DNA of 64,000 nt from Cirrosporium novae-zelandiae (taxonomy: Eukaryota), in contig JAPETS010000002.1 of NCBI GenBank assembly GCA_026023565.1, positions 310,001 to 374,000 of the forward strand. The letters run 5' to 3'. The notes under the pieces are model-generated. The model searched no databases and was not told the DNA's origin. It saw nothing but the letters and a program-made list of their open reading frames with translations. Shown one piece after another: positions 12,111 to 25,928 of this stretch; position 1 is the first letter of the stretch, and every line of letters begins with the position of its first letter. The position numbers were made by a program, and so were the translations under genes.

Positions 12111-13884
12111 ATGGGTTTCATGATTCGACCTCCACCGGGGGCGAGTGGTTCAGCCACCCCGGCCATAATTATTGGTTGCTTCGTTGCCTTTGGTGGTGTC
12201 CTCTTTGGGTGGGTTTTGTTTCCCTTGCTCCTTTTTTCATATGGGATTTAACTAACTTGTCGCAGATATGACACAGGTACCATCGGTGGCATTCTTGCTA
12301 TGCAGTATTGGCGCAATCTCTTCTCGACCGGTTACAAGAATCCTACCGACCACTTACCCGACATTACGTCCAGCCAACAATCCATGATTGTGTCTCTTCT
12401 CTCTGCTGGTACATTCTTTGGAGCTCTCTTCGCCGCCCCTCAAGCCGACATTCTCGGTCGTCGAATGGCCATGATTAACTCGTGCATTGTGTTCATGTTT
12501 GGTGTTATTCTTCAAACAGCAGCTACCGCTATTCCCCTCTTTGTTGCTGGTCGGTTCTTCGCTGGTTTGGGCGTTGGTCTTGTTTCTGCCACAAGTAAGC
12601 CACATCTGTCATGGTTTACTGGACAACCTACTAATAAACAACAGTTCCTCTCTACCAGTCGGAAACTGCACCAAAGTGGATTCGGGGTACCATTGTCGGA
12701 TGCTATCAATGGGCCATCACAATCGGCTTGTTCCTTGCTGCTATTGTCGACAATGCCACCAAGAACCGTAAGGATACTGGCTCCTATCGCATTCCGATCG
12801 CCGTGCAGTTTGCATGGGCACTCATCCTGATCGGTGGTATGTTGGTTTTACCAGAGACGCCTCGTTTTCATATCAAGAAGGGAAATCAGGAAAAGGCTGC
12901 CAAATCATTGTCCCGACTCCGAAGACTAGATGTTACGCACCCATCGCTCGTTGAAGAATTAGGCGAAATTCAGGCTAACCACCAATATGAACTCTCGCTC
13001 GGAAAAGCTACTTATATTGACTGCTTCAAGGGCAATATCGGATGGCGTCTTCTCACTGGCTGCCTTCTCCAAGCTCTTCAACAGTTGACCGGTGTCAACT
13101 TCATTTTCTACTATGGCACTTCCTTCTTCCAGAACTCTGGAATCACAAACTCCTTCATCATCTCGGTGATCACTGATGTTGTCAACGTATCTTCCACCGT
13201 TCCAGGTCTCTGGATGGTTGAGAAATGGGGACGTCGCCCGCTTTTGTTGTTTGGTGCCATTGGCATGTGCGTCTGCGAATTCATTGTTGCCATCGTTGGT
13301 ACGGTTGAAGGAAATGGATCCGATGTCGCCAACAAGGTTCTTATTGCATTTGTGTGCATCTACATCTTCTTTTTTGCCTGCTCATGGGGCCCTGTCGCTT
13401 GGGTTGTCACCGGTGAACTCTTCCCACTAAAGGTCCGCGCCAAGTGTCTGTCCATGACCACCGCTTCGAACTGGCTCCTCAACTGGGCTATTGCATATTC
13501 CACTCCCTACCTTGTAAATACCGGTCCTGGTAATGCTGGGCTCCAATCCAAGGTCTTTTTTATTTGGTTCGTGCATTTCTCTCCTTAACGTTGGGGGCTC
13601 ATACTGACTTTCACAGGGGTGGCTGCTGCTTCATCTGTATCCTTTTCGTGTGGACTATGATCTACGAAACCAAGGGTCTTTCGCTTGAACAGGTCGATGA
13701 ACTCTACTCCAAGGTTGACCATGCATGGAATTCGGCTAGCTTCGTTCCAACCGTGTCCTTCCAGGATGTTGAGGATATGGACATGGACACCAAACATGCA
13801 TCGCTGGCAGATATCGAGGCTAATGCCCAAAGGAAGCGAAGCGTTGCCCATGCCGAAACAGCCGATGTGACGGAAAAAGCCTGA
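12111..13884 (+). CDS. MFS sugar porter, high-affinity glucose/monosaccharide transporter (RCO-3/Snf3/Rgt2-related clade, no long C-terminal sensor tail)
   Basis: ATG at 12111 MGFMIRPPPG...FVAFGGVLFG/YDTGTIGG; motifs DILGRR, GRFFAGLGVG, PETPR, QQLTGVNFIFYYG, VEKWGRR, YETKG; three canonical introns (~12209-12265, ~12595-12643, ~13567-13615). Confidence 0.95.
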
Positions 13885-14888
13885 AGTAGGCTAGTCGATT
13901 CTGGATATAGAATTGATAGACTTTGACGGTGTTATGGGATTCTTAATGTGGAAATGACCTCATTTTCTTGTTGATTTATCTTAATGAGGTTGATGGAACA
14001 ATGGTTGAGACGATAGAAACAATGTTGATGAGGCCCATGTCGCAGGTGATAAATACAGCTCTGGCTTACGGTACTTAGCTTGCTCCCAAAGTTACCTAGA
14101 ACATGAAAAACTTTAAATGATCAATCCTGGTCAAGTAACAGAAAAGTAAACCTGGTGGAAATGGGTCTTTGTATCTGATAGACATGTCGAGCCCTTGTGA
14201 CAAGATTGAAGTGGGCGACTGGCGAATGGGTTTGAGGGCCAAGGACTAATGATGTGGGATTGTATTTTGGAAAATGAAATACGTCAAGGTCTACAGTCGC
14301 GTGCACAGTAGTTAGCCCAGGTGTTATTCACCTGCCAAGGGGTTTTCAGAGGTAGATCTGTAGATCATTGAAGAATGATTTCCAAATATGTACAGAGGAA
14401 GTCTTTTGAAAGACAAAAGATCCAGGGAATGCATCGAAACTGCGGGGTAGACAGGTACTAGGTTGGAGACTTGTTAGGGGGCCTAGCTTTGTGTCCTCGT
14501 ACCTCCTGAATACTTTATATCTAATAGCCTTTGAGTGACTGGCTGGAGCAGTAGCATTCTTTTGCGTAATAGTCTAGGGATGAAGGAAGATGCGGGATCC
14601 GTGTCACCGAGTTTTAGTGTTGATAGAATTGGTAGGCTGACGTATTACCATGTTCTTTTTATTATTATTGTAGCACGTAAATGCGGTGAGGAGGAGAAGG
14701 GAGGATCAGGATCAGAATTAGGATCAGGGGTTTTTCTTTTTGAGGCGTTTGTTGATCCTTGTTCAATTTAAGCCCAAAAGCGCAATTGGCATTGTAAGGC
14801 AATTCTGAATTGATTTCTTTTCCTTTTTTTCCTTTTTTTCCTTTTTTCCTTCTTTGGATCGAGGGTTTTTAGACAATCAGGCGATTAC

Positions 14889-14912
14889 GAGAGAGAGAGA
14901 GAGAGAGAGAGA
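14889..14912. repeat. (GA)12 microsatellite
   Basis: Directly visible, followed by AAT/AAC triplet repeats. Confidence 0.9.
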
Positions 14913-16069
14913 AAAGGCATGAATAATAAGAACAATAATAACAATAATAATAATAAGATGCAATGTGTCATGGAAACAAGTTATCATTTAAAGTCGAAAT
15001 AATATTATTCCAAATGTGTGGTGGTGCAATGCAATTCAAGGTTCGACAGCTTATCTCTGACCTCTCAGATGGTCCCAAATTGTTAACAAATAATTCCAAA
15101 GAATGCCAAATAAAGCGGAGAGCGGCATCGGAGGTTTGGTGTTCACGAATAGGAAACTATCAAGTAATCTGTAACCGCATCTAGGGTACACCATGGACAC
15201 ACAGGAGCCATCAAGATTAATCAACTGTCCATGATCCATAAAACCGAACCTTTCTCTTTCGAGGTTTGTGTTACGTGAGGAATTGCTTCAATGAGGGAAT
15301 CAAGATGATTCAAGATGATTCAAAGATGGATTTATGATTAATTGAAAGTAGAATCTAATAAACATCATCCATTAATGTTGGTCATATTGATAAGAATATA
15401 ATTATCCCAACTACTTACCATGTGTCCGTGGAATCCTTTGGTCTCCCACCCTACTGTTGACATCCACCCCGACCTCCTCTCTGTCTTTCCTTCTTAGGTG
15501 GCCAAAACTGACTTCTACTGCTGACATACATACATACATACATGCATACATACACATACAAAGAAAGAAAATATCTAGTCATCTTGCTTTCAACTTTTCT
15601 TCTGTTTCTGGGAAAAAACTGATGACGGCCAGTACTTGAATATTTAAATCCTCCCTTCCAGTCCCCTTGCGGCATCTGCCACATTCCCTAAATAGCCTTT
15701 CCCCACGGTTGTCTCACCCCCGGGAATCAAACCAAAAGTCTCTGTATTACATACTATCTTCAGCGTATCGCGATAGGATCTGCATCCTGCAATTGGCTGC
15801 TTGCCACTATCTGATATCAAATCCCTCCCGTATCGCTCAACCAAGCGCAGCTGGAATACTGCCCCGCTTCTTCCATCTACAACATATCTGAAATCCACTG
15901 CAAGGGCCTGACTACACCGTTGCTAGCTTGAAGATTGCCTTCCTTATCCAGTCGGTCCGATCCTGATCCCACACTTGCAGCACAGCGAGTGGTCCACTGG
16001 GCCAGGAAGCAGTATCCGCCGACGGACTTGGACGTTTCCTCCGCTTAGTTACTTTGATAACGATCAAAC

Positions 16070-18479
16070 ATGGCTGCCGCAATCACCCTCCAACCTCCGT
16101 TTATCCATCCGAGGCCGGTACCTATTGCTCCCTCTCCCGCTCCTCATGCACGTCCAGCCATCAGCCAGCAAAACATGGCCAGGTCCAAATCCATCAGTGC
16201 CCGCGGTGAACCTCAGAATATTCGAGCCCGCAGAGACAGACCATGTGATTGCTGTCGAAGACGGAGAAGCAGGTGTGTCATCCACGAGGGCAATGCCCGC
16301 TGTCTGTCATGTCAAACCCATGATTGGGATTGTACCTTTGTTGAAAGTCCTCAGCCGCGAAAGCGCAAGTTAGACGGCGAAGGCAATCCCTTGAGACCGA
16401 TGAAGAAGAAGTTGGTTCCCTTGTTGTGATAATTGTCATGTAGAACGAAGATACTTACAAATCCACCAGATCCTTCAACCCTGCAGACAACTCAGCAAGA
16501 AATTCCCAGGGTACCAGATCCTCCAGCGGGAGTGGCACAGACGCCCAGGAACAATCAAACTCATTGTATCAGGTCCAGGAATACGATTTCTCGGAGGTCC
16601 AAGGTCATTACCTTGGGAGATATGTCGGGGGCACGAGTGAATTCGAGCCATTGCTTTTCCGCAATATTCCTTTCGACACCCACGGAGAGAGCGCTTTAAG
16701 TACAGGAATACTGATGAATCTCGAAGAATGCGGGCCGTACATGGTCAGACCAGAGGTAGAGAGCGACGGCTACGAGCAGGAGGCACTAAACGACGTTGAA
16801 TCATTTGTCCACCCCTATGGTCCCACTTTGCTAGACCTTTACTTTGGTGTGGTTCATCCAAGTTATCCCGTGGTGGATCAGAATGTTTTTCGTAGCTGGT
16901 ATGAGAAACGAGAAGGCCTTTCTCCGGATTTACTAGCAGCTGTCTACATTCTGGCCGCACAGTGGTGGGATCATGACGAGCGACTCTCTGCACACGCGAA
17001 ACCGAATCTGCAAAGGCTTGTTGAAAATACGATGAAACGTATCCGCGACTCCTTCGACCGTCCATCGATATCTGCTATCCAAGCGGCGTTGATCTTGTCT
17101 CAACTCCCTGGAGCCCATTCTCCCTCTTTGACTGCTCAGCTTGTGACGACCGGTTTCGATTTGGGGCTTCATCTTGATAGTTCAAATTGGAATCTGCCTC
17201 TCTGGCAGCTAAAGGTGCGAAAACGACTGGCCTGGGCGCTTTACATGCAGGATAAATGGGGTTCGGTCATATACGGAAGACCATCACACATATCCAGCGC
17301 CAATTGGGCTGTACCGACCCTAACGGTGGACGATTTCGAGAACCCTTGCTTCCCAGCCATCAAATCCGAGGATGAAACCGAAGTTTCTGAAGTCGAAAAA
17401 GGGCGACTGCAGTTCCAGCAAATGGTGTTTCTCACGCTTATCCTCTCCGACATTCTTGAATCTTTTTATACTCTGTCCGCTACAGATGAGGTCAGGAGTG
17501 CTGGTGGAAATGGTACACGGTTGATTTTGGATCGCGCAAAACCGGTTCAAATTCGACTCAAAGAGTGGTTCACCCACCTACCACCATGTTTGAAAATGGA
17601 TTCTCCGGTGACATCTGCATTCTCCACGACTGGTAGGCAACTTTTCACCCTCTAACGCAGACTTTCAACTTAACCCTTCTCCCAGGCTCCCTCCACATCG
17701 CCTACTTTGCGACAGAAATAACCCTCCACCGATCCATCATCCGCTCCCTGCCAACCCACACCACCTACCTCACGCACATCTGCCGGCAGGCCGCGAAAAC
17801 TCGACTCATATCCGCCCTCGACTTTACGAATCGCCTCCGCCCAGCACACCTGCGATCCTTTTGGCTCTTCTATACTCCCTCCACCTTTGCCCTCGTTGCC
17901 ACTTTTGGAAACCTACTCCGCGCCACCGCACCCTGCGCCGAAGAATCCAAATTCTATGAAGACAGACTTGGAGAATATCACTGGACACTCGGCGTCAGCA
18001 TGACCCGAACAAGAGGTGTTGAAGGCGGATTGCTAGAACTAGGCGCCGCGATCAATGCGCTCGAGGCTTCAAACCAATTACTCGATCTTTGGCCTCCAAA
18101 ACCTCTCATCGCGTCTCTCCCGATAGCTGAGCCGCCCCCACCTCCCGTGCAGGCACCTTTGAGAAGTGTCGAGGAGATTTCTCCGCCAAGGGAAGAAGAT
18201 GAAGATGATGATGATGATGACGATATTGATGATGATGATGACGAAGATAATATACCGGAACTGCAGCTGCATGGTCCGAATGGATACTTTGGTAATACAA
18301 CAATTTCTACAGGTGGTCTCATGAGTCCAGCCACAAGTGCTGAAAGTAATGGCCATCAACAACAGCCAAGATCCTGTACACAGAATGGAAATGGGACCAG
18401 TAACGGAGGGGGAGGAGGCCTACACCTCTTAACAAGCGTAGCCACAGCTGCCACTGGGGGATGGCGAACAGGTCAATAA
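16070..18479 (+). CDS. Zn(II)2Cys6 fungal transcription factor, DAL81/TamA-like
   Basis: RPCDCCRRRRSRCVIHEGNARCLSCQTHDWDC (CX2CX6CX8CX2CX6C) plus PRKRK NLS; fungal TF middle region (VHPSYPVV, LGLHLD, RKRLAWALYMQDKWGSVIYGRPSHI); introns ~16411-16469 and ~17633-17685; acidic poly-Asp tail. Confidence 0.9.
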
Positions 18480-21400
18480 CAAGCCATCTAAATCCCCATC
18501 TAAGCTATAGTGTACCTGGTTTGATTTACTTTCACCTGACTGACTGACTGGCATGTGAATGTGAGTTTTATGACTCTCTTTTATCTCTGTCTCTATCTAT
18601 TTTTATGTGGTGTGACGTTCATATTGTTTTTTTATCTTGTCCATTGGATAAAGAAAACAAATCGGATCGGATCTGATCGCGTTGTGGTATGCTGTGTTCT
18701 ACTATGTTGCGCTGCATAGGTACGTACACGTGTATGTATATGTGCGTGTATATATATGTATGTGTTTGTGTATGTGTATGACATGACCACGAAAACTTCT
18801 TAGGATAGCTTTATTTTTGAAGGAGGGGATGAGGCAGACAGGGCGGGGGGGAAACAGGGGGGAGGGGGTAAACCCACTTGCTTGCTTGCACTCACGAACA
18901 CAGGGAGGGATAAACACGAACAACATCACATGACCCATAAGCATGATCAAAGGAGCTGGCTGTCTGCATTATTTTTTGCGTTTTTTTACAATTAGCGTTT
19001 TAAGAGGAAAGAGATGGAAAAAAAGAAAGAAGGAAGGAAGGAAGCGAGAAAGGAAGCGCTTGACATTTATTGTCCATCTATATCCATTTTACATATATAT
19101 ATCCATCTTATCTCTATCTCTGCTATCTAGTGTCTGGGGTGTGGGTTGATTTTGAAGCTGTCACTATTGAACAAGCAACATCTACACCCCCATATAAACA
19201 TACTCTTCCATCACCCCCCCCCCCCCCCCCCTCTCAACCATAAACAACCTAACCAAACCTAGGTCTTAAGACGCTTCCATCTATGCATCCATATCTCCAC
19301 TACCACAAAGCAAAAATATACCCTTCTACCCTAGAATTAAAATAGAGCGTAGAGTGTATGCATATTAATGTAGCTAGCTATATTATAATATATAGTATAT
19401 TTACTACTCTTCTTTTTTGCTGCGGGAGGAGGTCCGGGGGGGGTGTATGATGTATGGGATGGGACCCTCTCCCCCATATGTATGTGTATATATACCATAG
19501 CCCTCTTTCTCCCCTCTTCTCCCCTCCCCGACCCCGCCCCCAAAAAAATAAAACAAAACAAACAAACAAACAACAGGCCTCCCAGTTACAATCCCCCCAG
19601 CCATATATCCGACCTGATTAGGTTAAATCAATAGGGCATATACCCTAGCACCACTTCTATAACTCCCCCGTCTATTACAAAAGCATAAATACAAAGTATA
19701 CATACATACATACATACATATAGCAAAAGAGTATGTATTCTTTTAGCTCTTAATCTCAATCTCAAAATGATCTAATTCAAGATTCTATTGGAGGAACGGG
19801 TTTATATATATTAAATTCATGAAATCTATGGAAGAGAGAAAAGGAGAGGGGGGGGGGAGAAAGTATTGTTGTAGAGAGAGATATTTTTTGGGGGGGGGGC
19901 TGGTTTGGGTGGTGGAGATGTAGATGGATATGTAAGATAGATGGATGGATAGAGTATGTTGTTATTGATATTGTAGGGTATGGGTATTGTATGGTATTGT
20001 ATGGTTTTTTCCTTTAGTTCTTTAGTTCTTTAGTTCACAAGCTCACAAGTCCCCCCCAAAGCCCAACCAATCAACTATCAACTATCAACATAAATAATAA
20101 CAAGAACAAGAACAAAACCCAGAGAAAGATATCATATCATAATCTTATCTTATCGATAAGGGGGAATACGAGTAATTAATTAATTATAACCGAATAGCTG
20201 AATGGCTAGCTGACTGGGCTGCATCACTATTACTAGTTATTGGATTATTGAGACTTGGGGCTTGGAGCTTTGAATGGCTGGATGATTGATGATGATTGAT
20301 GAGCCCTGGGGTAGAGTAGATGGGGGGGGGGGGGGGAAGGAAAAGGGAAAGGAATATATAGATACCTAGGTAGATAGATAGGTATTCTACTCCAATGGGC
20401 TACCCACACACCCTGTACTTGCTTGATATACGATATATGCGCACATGCAACATCAAAATGAATAAATACCACTCACTCACTCCCCCATCCCCCCACTTTC
20501 CCAAAAAAAAAACTTTGCTCATGGTTTTATATGTTAAATTATAAAAGAAAGAGAATGTCCAATTAGACTAGAAAATTAAAAAATGATGGTATTATCTATT
20601 AGGTCACTAAGTACTTCAAAGGAAGGAAAAAGGACCTTGGCTAGCTAGCTGGGGGAGGCTTAAGATTGATTTTTTTTCTCTCCTCTTTTCTATATAGCTA
20701 TAGTTATAGCAGTTTTTTTTTCTCTATGCTTTGTGATATCTATATCCTATCTTATCTTTACTAATAACCATAACATAACGAGGAAAGTTTTTTTTTTTAT
20801 TTTTTTTGTGGTGATACCTAGGTAACTATCTAACTACTCTAATTAATGTTCAGCTGGACTCGGGACTCTTGATAAATATAATATAGGTAGATATATGTGT
20901 AGAGACTAGACATTTTATATTTTATATTTAGATTCCTCGCATCACATCACATCATTAACTCAACTTATCGTATCCTCCTCCCCACAACACAAAAAACACC
21001 AAGTAAAATGGGTGAACTTATTCATCCATTCGTGATTTAAAAACCAAACCAAACCAAACCCATTTAATATATATGATCCATTTGATACCACCCTTCCTCT
21101 TTAATTTTTCTTTCTTCTTCTTGAGAAACTTATCCACTTGATCCTTACACAACCCACCCTGCTTACACCCACCCCCATACGTAAAAAGATGATCGTAACA
21201 GTGAAATAAAAAAACCCCGTCCGTTATAGGGGAATTTTTGTATTTTGTGAAATTTCAATTGGAGTAATAAGATCAGTCAATGGTCGCACAAATAGACGAA
21301 CCCACATCCCATGTCACTTTCCTTTCCTCGCCTCGGCTTTAAGTTTGCCCCCCAAATACATAAACAAACAAACGAACAAACAGATAGATAAGTCCCCTGG

Positions 21401-21516
21401 CTGGAAATAAGAGAGAGAGAAAAAAGTTTGAATCGAATGACATATAAAAAGTTCTGTTTGACATAATCTCACAGGCCGATGATACACAAAAAAAAATCAA
21501 GAATGGATATCTAACA
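18480..21516. repeat. Low-complexity, microsatellite-rich intergenic tract
   Basis: Poly-G/poly-C runs, (TA)n, (TACA)n, (AAAC)n, (AAACC)n and poly-T tracts; no credible ORF. Confidence 0.8.
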
Positions 21517-22971
21517 TCACATGCTATCATGCGTCCCATCATCAGCAGGTAATTCTTCAATCACTTCCTCAATCATCTCAATCAGCTCATCTACATCAGG
21601 TCGCTCCGCAGCCTCGACCTTCAAACATCGTCTCACGACTTCCTTAACTTCATCACTGACTTTCTCTTCGGCATCCGCGGCGGCTGCAGCACCACCACCA
21701 TTCGCCGACGCAGCTAGATCAGACCCGACCCTCTGCTTGCCCTTCCCACTCGTATGTTTCTTCCCCTCGTCCGGAAATCGCCAGTCCCCGCTTAAAATGC
21801 AAATTGACAAGCTGCCACCCGTCTCCTCACTACGCATCTCAAAGGGGGATTTACCGACGAGGCAGGCGTAGAGGGTGCAACCTAAACTCCAGATGTCGAC
21901 TTTGGTATCAATGATAGAGCCGGTTTTGACATCAAAGAGTTCGGGGGCCCGATAGGGGAGGGTGGAGTGTTCGGCTGCCGTGTCTTGGACCGCGAGAGCG
22001 AGGGAGCGTGAGGTTATGGGGAGAGGAGAAGGCGCAACGCTACCAAGGTCCATGAGGATGGGGGTTGTACCGTCGTCGGAGATCATAATGTTTCCTATTA
22101 GGTTTGAATTAGCAGGGATCTTTGTGTTTACTGCTTTGAAGAATGGGGTTAGGCTAAAGAGGGTGAATTACCGGGTTTGATATCCCTATGCGCATATGCA
22201 CGTAGTTCTCCCTCAGCAACGCCTTCTTGACTTTGCGTGACCTCTCCCTCCATCAATGGGACTTGTTCTACCTCATCCGGATCTGCTGGTCTATTTTTAC
22301 CTCTCCGGCTCCTTTGAACCTCCATGGCAGCATCCTCATCAGCATCCTCAGCCTCTTCTCTCACTCTCCTTGCATTTCCTTTACTTTTCGCCCCGCCTGG
22401 TCCACTCCCTACTCGATACTGATGCATGGCCTTCAATGCCTTTGCAACTCCAAGCATCAGTATCATGAGTCTCCTCTCCGGGAACTTGGTGTGGTTAACC
22501 AAATTAGCATTAATAGCATCTTGCAAATTTCCTCTGCGGTAGTATGGCAGGAGAATGTAGACGGTCTTAGCACCTGGATCGGAGGACCCATTTATTTTAT
22601 CGTATCGAGAGGAGGATGAGGAAACGCTGTGGTCGATGCTGTGGATGATGTTGGGATGAGGAGAGAAGAGTGCGTAGGCTTCGACTTCTTTGAGGGCAAG
22701 GGATACAGATTCTTGACCGAAAGGACAGCGAATCTTTTTGAGGGCGTATATTTGGGATGTTGAATTCTCTTGGACTAGATAGACGTAGGAGAAACCACCC
22801 TGAGAGCAATATTTAGTAAGGATGTTGGTTTAGGTGCATGTGAAGACGTACCTCTCCTAGAAGCCGGAGGATTTTAAAGCTACGGCTGTTGATCTTCAAC
22901 TGAGGAGTACCCGGAAAGCAACACAGGCAATTGGTAAACGTATATATGAAATCGAGTAGGTATTGTGACAT
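21517..22971 (-). CDS. ENV7: Ser/Thr protein kinase, NAK family, Env7/STK16-like
   Basis: N-terminal Cys cluster MSQYLLDFIYTFTNCLCCFP (palmitoylation-type), LLGE/GGFSYVYLV, ALKKI, AHRDIKPGN, MDLGS, AAEHSTLPYRAPELF, DIWSLGC; two introns. Confidence 0.9.
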
Positions 22972-23725
22972 GTTTGCGATTTAATTATGTGTAAATGATG
23001 GTAGCCTGAGACGAGGTTGCGAATGTGACAGCTTCCGCCGGAGCGTTGAAGCTGAGACTGGGGGCAGGTCAAGCTGGAGAGATGGGTGCAGGGGAACTCA
23101 AAATATTCTCAATCGGCTGAATATACTCTTGCGAATTTAGATGATCGGTTCGAATTAGGTATAGACGGATGTAACGGCTTAATAGGTTCTTGTATCTTGG
23201 AAGTAAATAGTGATTCGATGCAGTGTTAGGACAGCTCAAGCTTATACGGCGGGCGTGGCGGTGCAATCCTGAACTCTCCACCAGACTGCCATTTTTATCT
23301 AGGTACCTAGGTATTTTACAAAAACCAGTTGAATCCTTTTTACCATGCAATCTACATTATTGCGATTCTTTTTTGTAGAAGCAAAATACTACATCTAACC
23401 CTTTGCTCTTGTCGAGTTTTCTGGTCCAATAATTCTCATTATATTCTCTTCCCTTGGCTCTTGTATTCTACATAATATACACATTATTGTATTAGAATAT
23501 ATTCTCAAAAGAGTGTCCAAAGCTTTGGCTGGTAGATTAAGAGTGCAGTAACCATCCCCTGCAATTAATAACTATAATATGTCCTCCCTCATTTGCCCGT
23601 AGGTCCATTGCCGTTTCCCCATTACCCATAAGCCCAGTCCATAGCCATGCAACGAGTAAAAGCAAGGCCGGGAGGCTCTCAACCGGAACAGGTACATTGC
23701 ATCTATATTACATTCATTAAAAGGA

Positions 23726-25928
23726 TTAAAAAGCATCCTCAAACGGGCAGTCAACGCTCTCGTGTCCATCTCTCTCACACAAAGCACACCATTTATTCTC
23801 ATCAATAACCCCGCTGGCTTTTCCTGCAACAGGGCCCATGTTTCCTGGATCAGGAAGAGGCATATGAGGAGGGGAGGATTTTCTCGGCGCCAGAGGCGAA
23901 ACGGCATCGACATTACTCTTTTGGATATTCTTGAGTCCCTCGACAACAGCATCTCGGCCGGTCTTTTGAGATTTGGGACTGCTATTCTGGCCAAACATGG
24001 TACATGAAAGGATATCGTGGCCTGTCGACTCACAAAGTTCGCACCATGGCGCATCCGTATCGCTATCTTGGGTGGCTTCTGGAGTGGTAGTTTCTTCTAT
24101 GGGCGATGGGGTACCATCAGCTATCTTCTCACGCCAGGTGCCAATGGAACCTTTGGCGTCCTTGGACATATTTGCGGAGCCCCTTTGAGTGGTGACAATC
24201 GTCTTTTCGGATAATGGTCTGCTCGTAGTTCTGGAATGCTTGAAACTCGAACGATTTGAGCTTCGAAGTTGCCCTATTTCTTTCTCGAGTTCCTCTTCGT
24301 GGAACGTTTTTCTATCAATCAGACCTTTTAACTCTTGAACCTGTCGTTCTAGCGCAGCCTTGTCTGCTTGGGACATCTCGTCTTTGTCGCCGCTGGATTG
24401 TTGCATTGGGCTACCGGCATCAGCAGATACCGCATTGCTGCTGAGTGAATGAATTATGGCCTTCAAACCCCTAATTTCGTCATCGCGTTGTTCGATATCT
24501 TTTGAATTTGGGCCGTTGCTCAGGTTCATAGCTACACCAGCACCCTTCAGGGCTGCAGCAGCTTTCTCCCTCTCCTGCCTCAGCTCCGACCGCCCCCGTT
24601 CAACCTCCCCTCTTAGAAATTCGGCCTCAGCCCTTGCTTCTGCCTCCCCCCTTCTCGCATCTTCGAGGCCCTCCTCGAGCTCTGATACAAATCCTTCGAG
24701 CTGTTTTAGCTGATTCGCAACAGTTTCTATATTTTCATCCCGGGATTGAAGCTCCTCAATTTCATGTACCAAATCTTGTACTTTCTGCTCATATACCCGC
24801 TCGGTTTCACTGCTTGCAAGCTCGAGTGTATCGATAGTACTTCGGAAATCAGCACGATGAGAGTCAAACTCGGCAGTTAACGCCTGTATCTTTTCATTCT
24901 TTTCTTTGACTAGTGCTCTCAGTTGTAAGACGTCGGCATCCTCAAGGCTATCACGTCTCCCATTGGTCTTAGGGACCTCACCTTCGCCAGGCAGAAGGGA
25001 TTGTAATTCAATAACACTTCGTTCCATGTCTGCCAGGTTCGCAGCCTGTTCCTTCAGTTGCCGATCACGATCTTGGAGCTGCAGCCGCAGCTGCTCCACC
25101 TCATCACTGTCCTGCACCCTCAAAGGGGGTTCTACAAGAGGGGTATCACTAGTATGTGCAATGCCAATCGGCGAATTCTCGGGTTCTTCATCAAATCTTG
25201 GATCGGGGCCTTGTCTGCTAGGCTGTGCCCTGGAGGTCGGTCGGGAGAACTTGTTCGCAGTAGGCCTCCGACCAGATTTTGAGGGAGATGGGGGTGTGGA
25301 ATTTGTTCCAGCGAATGCGCTTCGACTGAATGCTGGGACTGCGAGAGAAGGTCTCCCTGGTGTTCTTCTATCATTTGTTGAGGTACGGAATTTTGCTTTT
25401 GAAGGAGTGGTGGAGCTGGGTCGTCTTGTAATTTCCGTCCTGGAAGGTGAAAATGGAGTTCGTTGGGAAGCTCTCTGGGGAGATTCCGGCGGACGCTTCG
25501 TTGCTCGACTTAGGGGCAAAAAGATGCCAGCACCGGGACGAGAAGTTCTGAAATAATTTATACTGTGCGAGTTAGCGGATAGGATCGGGAGGATGCCTAG
25601 GTAGAATCTCTTACCCATCAACATCGCCATTGTTTTTCCCCTTTGCAGCGAATTCCCCTACCAGTTCGACTCCTACAAAGATGCCACTCTTGCCTTTGAC
25701 AGAACCCACAAATTTTGCTACACCCCACATGCCACCGGGGACATTAACTTCATCACCAACCTGCAGTTGAGAGTCATGGCTAGTGGAGGGTCTTCCGATA
25801 GGCATACTGGGCGAGGGAGGATGCGAATTGTGTGGATAGCCCAAGTTTGGAGCTGATGAAGTATGGATGCTACTCGCCAGCCGAGGACGCAAAGGTCGAC
25901 GAGGATTTGGAGTGTGTGGGGTGGACAT
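23726..25928 (-). CDS. clipA: CAP-Gly microtubule plus-end tracking protein, CLIP-170/Bik1/ClipA homolog
   Basis: CAP-Gly domain (FVGSVKGKSGIFVGVEL...GKNNGDVDG/..YF), Ser/Pro linker, long coiled coil, two CCHC knuckles (WCELCESTGHDILSC, WCALCERDGHESVDC) and a C-terminal EDAF aromatic tail; one intron at ~25563-25615. Confidence 0.88.

Noticed and set aside
24906..25556. Long antisense ORFs (also 36619-37218, 28499-28972 and 49675-50181 in an alternative frame)
   Set aside because: Shadows of real genes on the opposite strand or frame, with no recognisable motifs.
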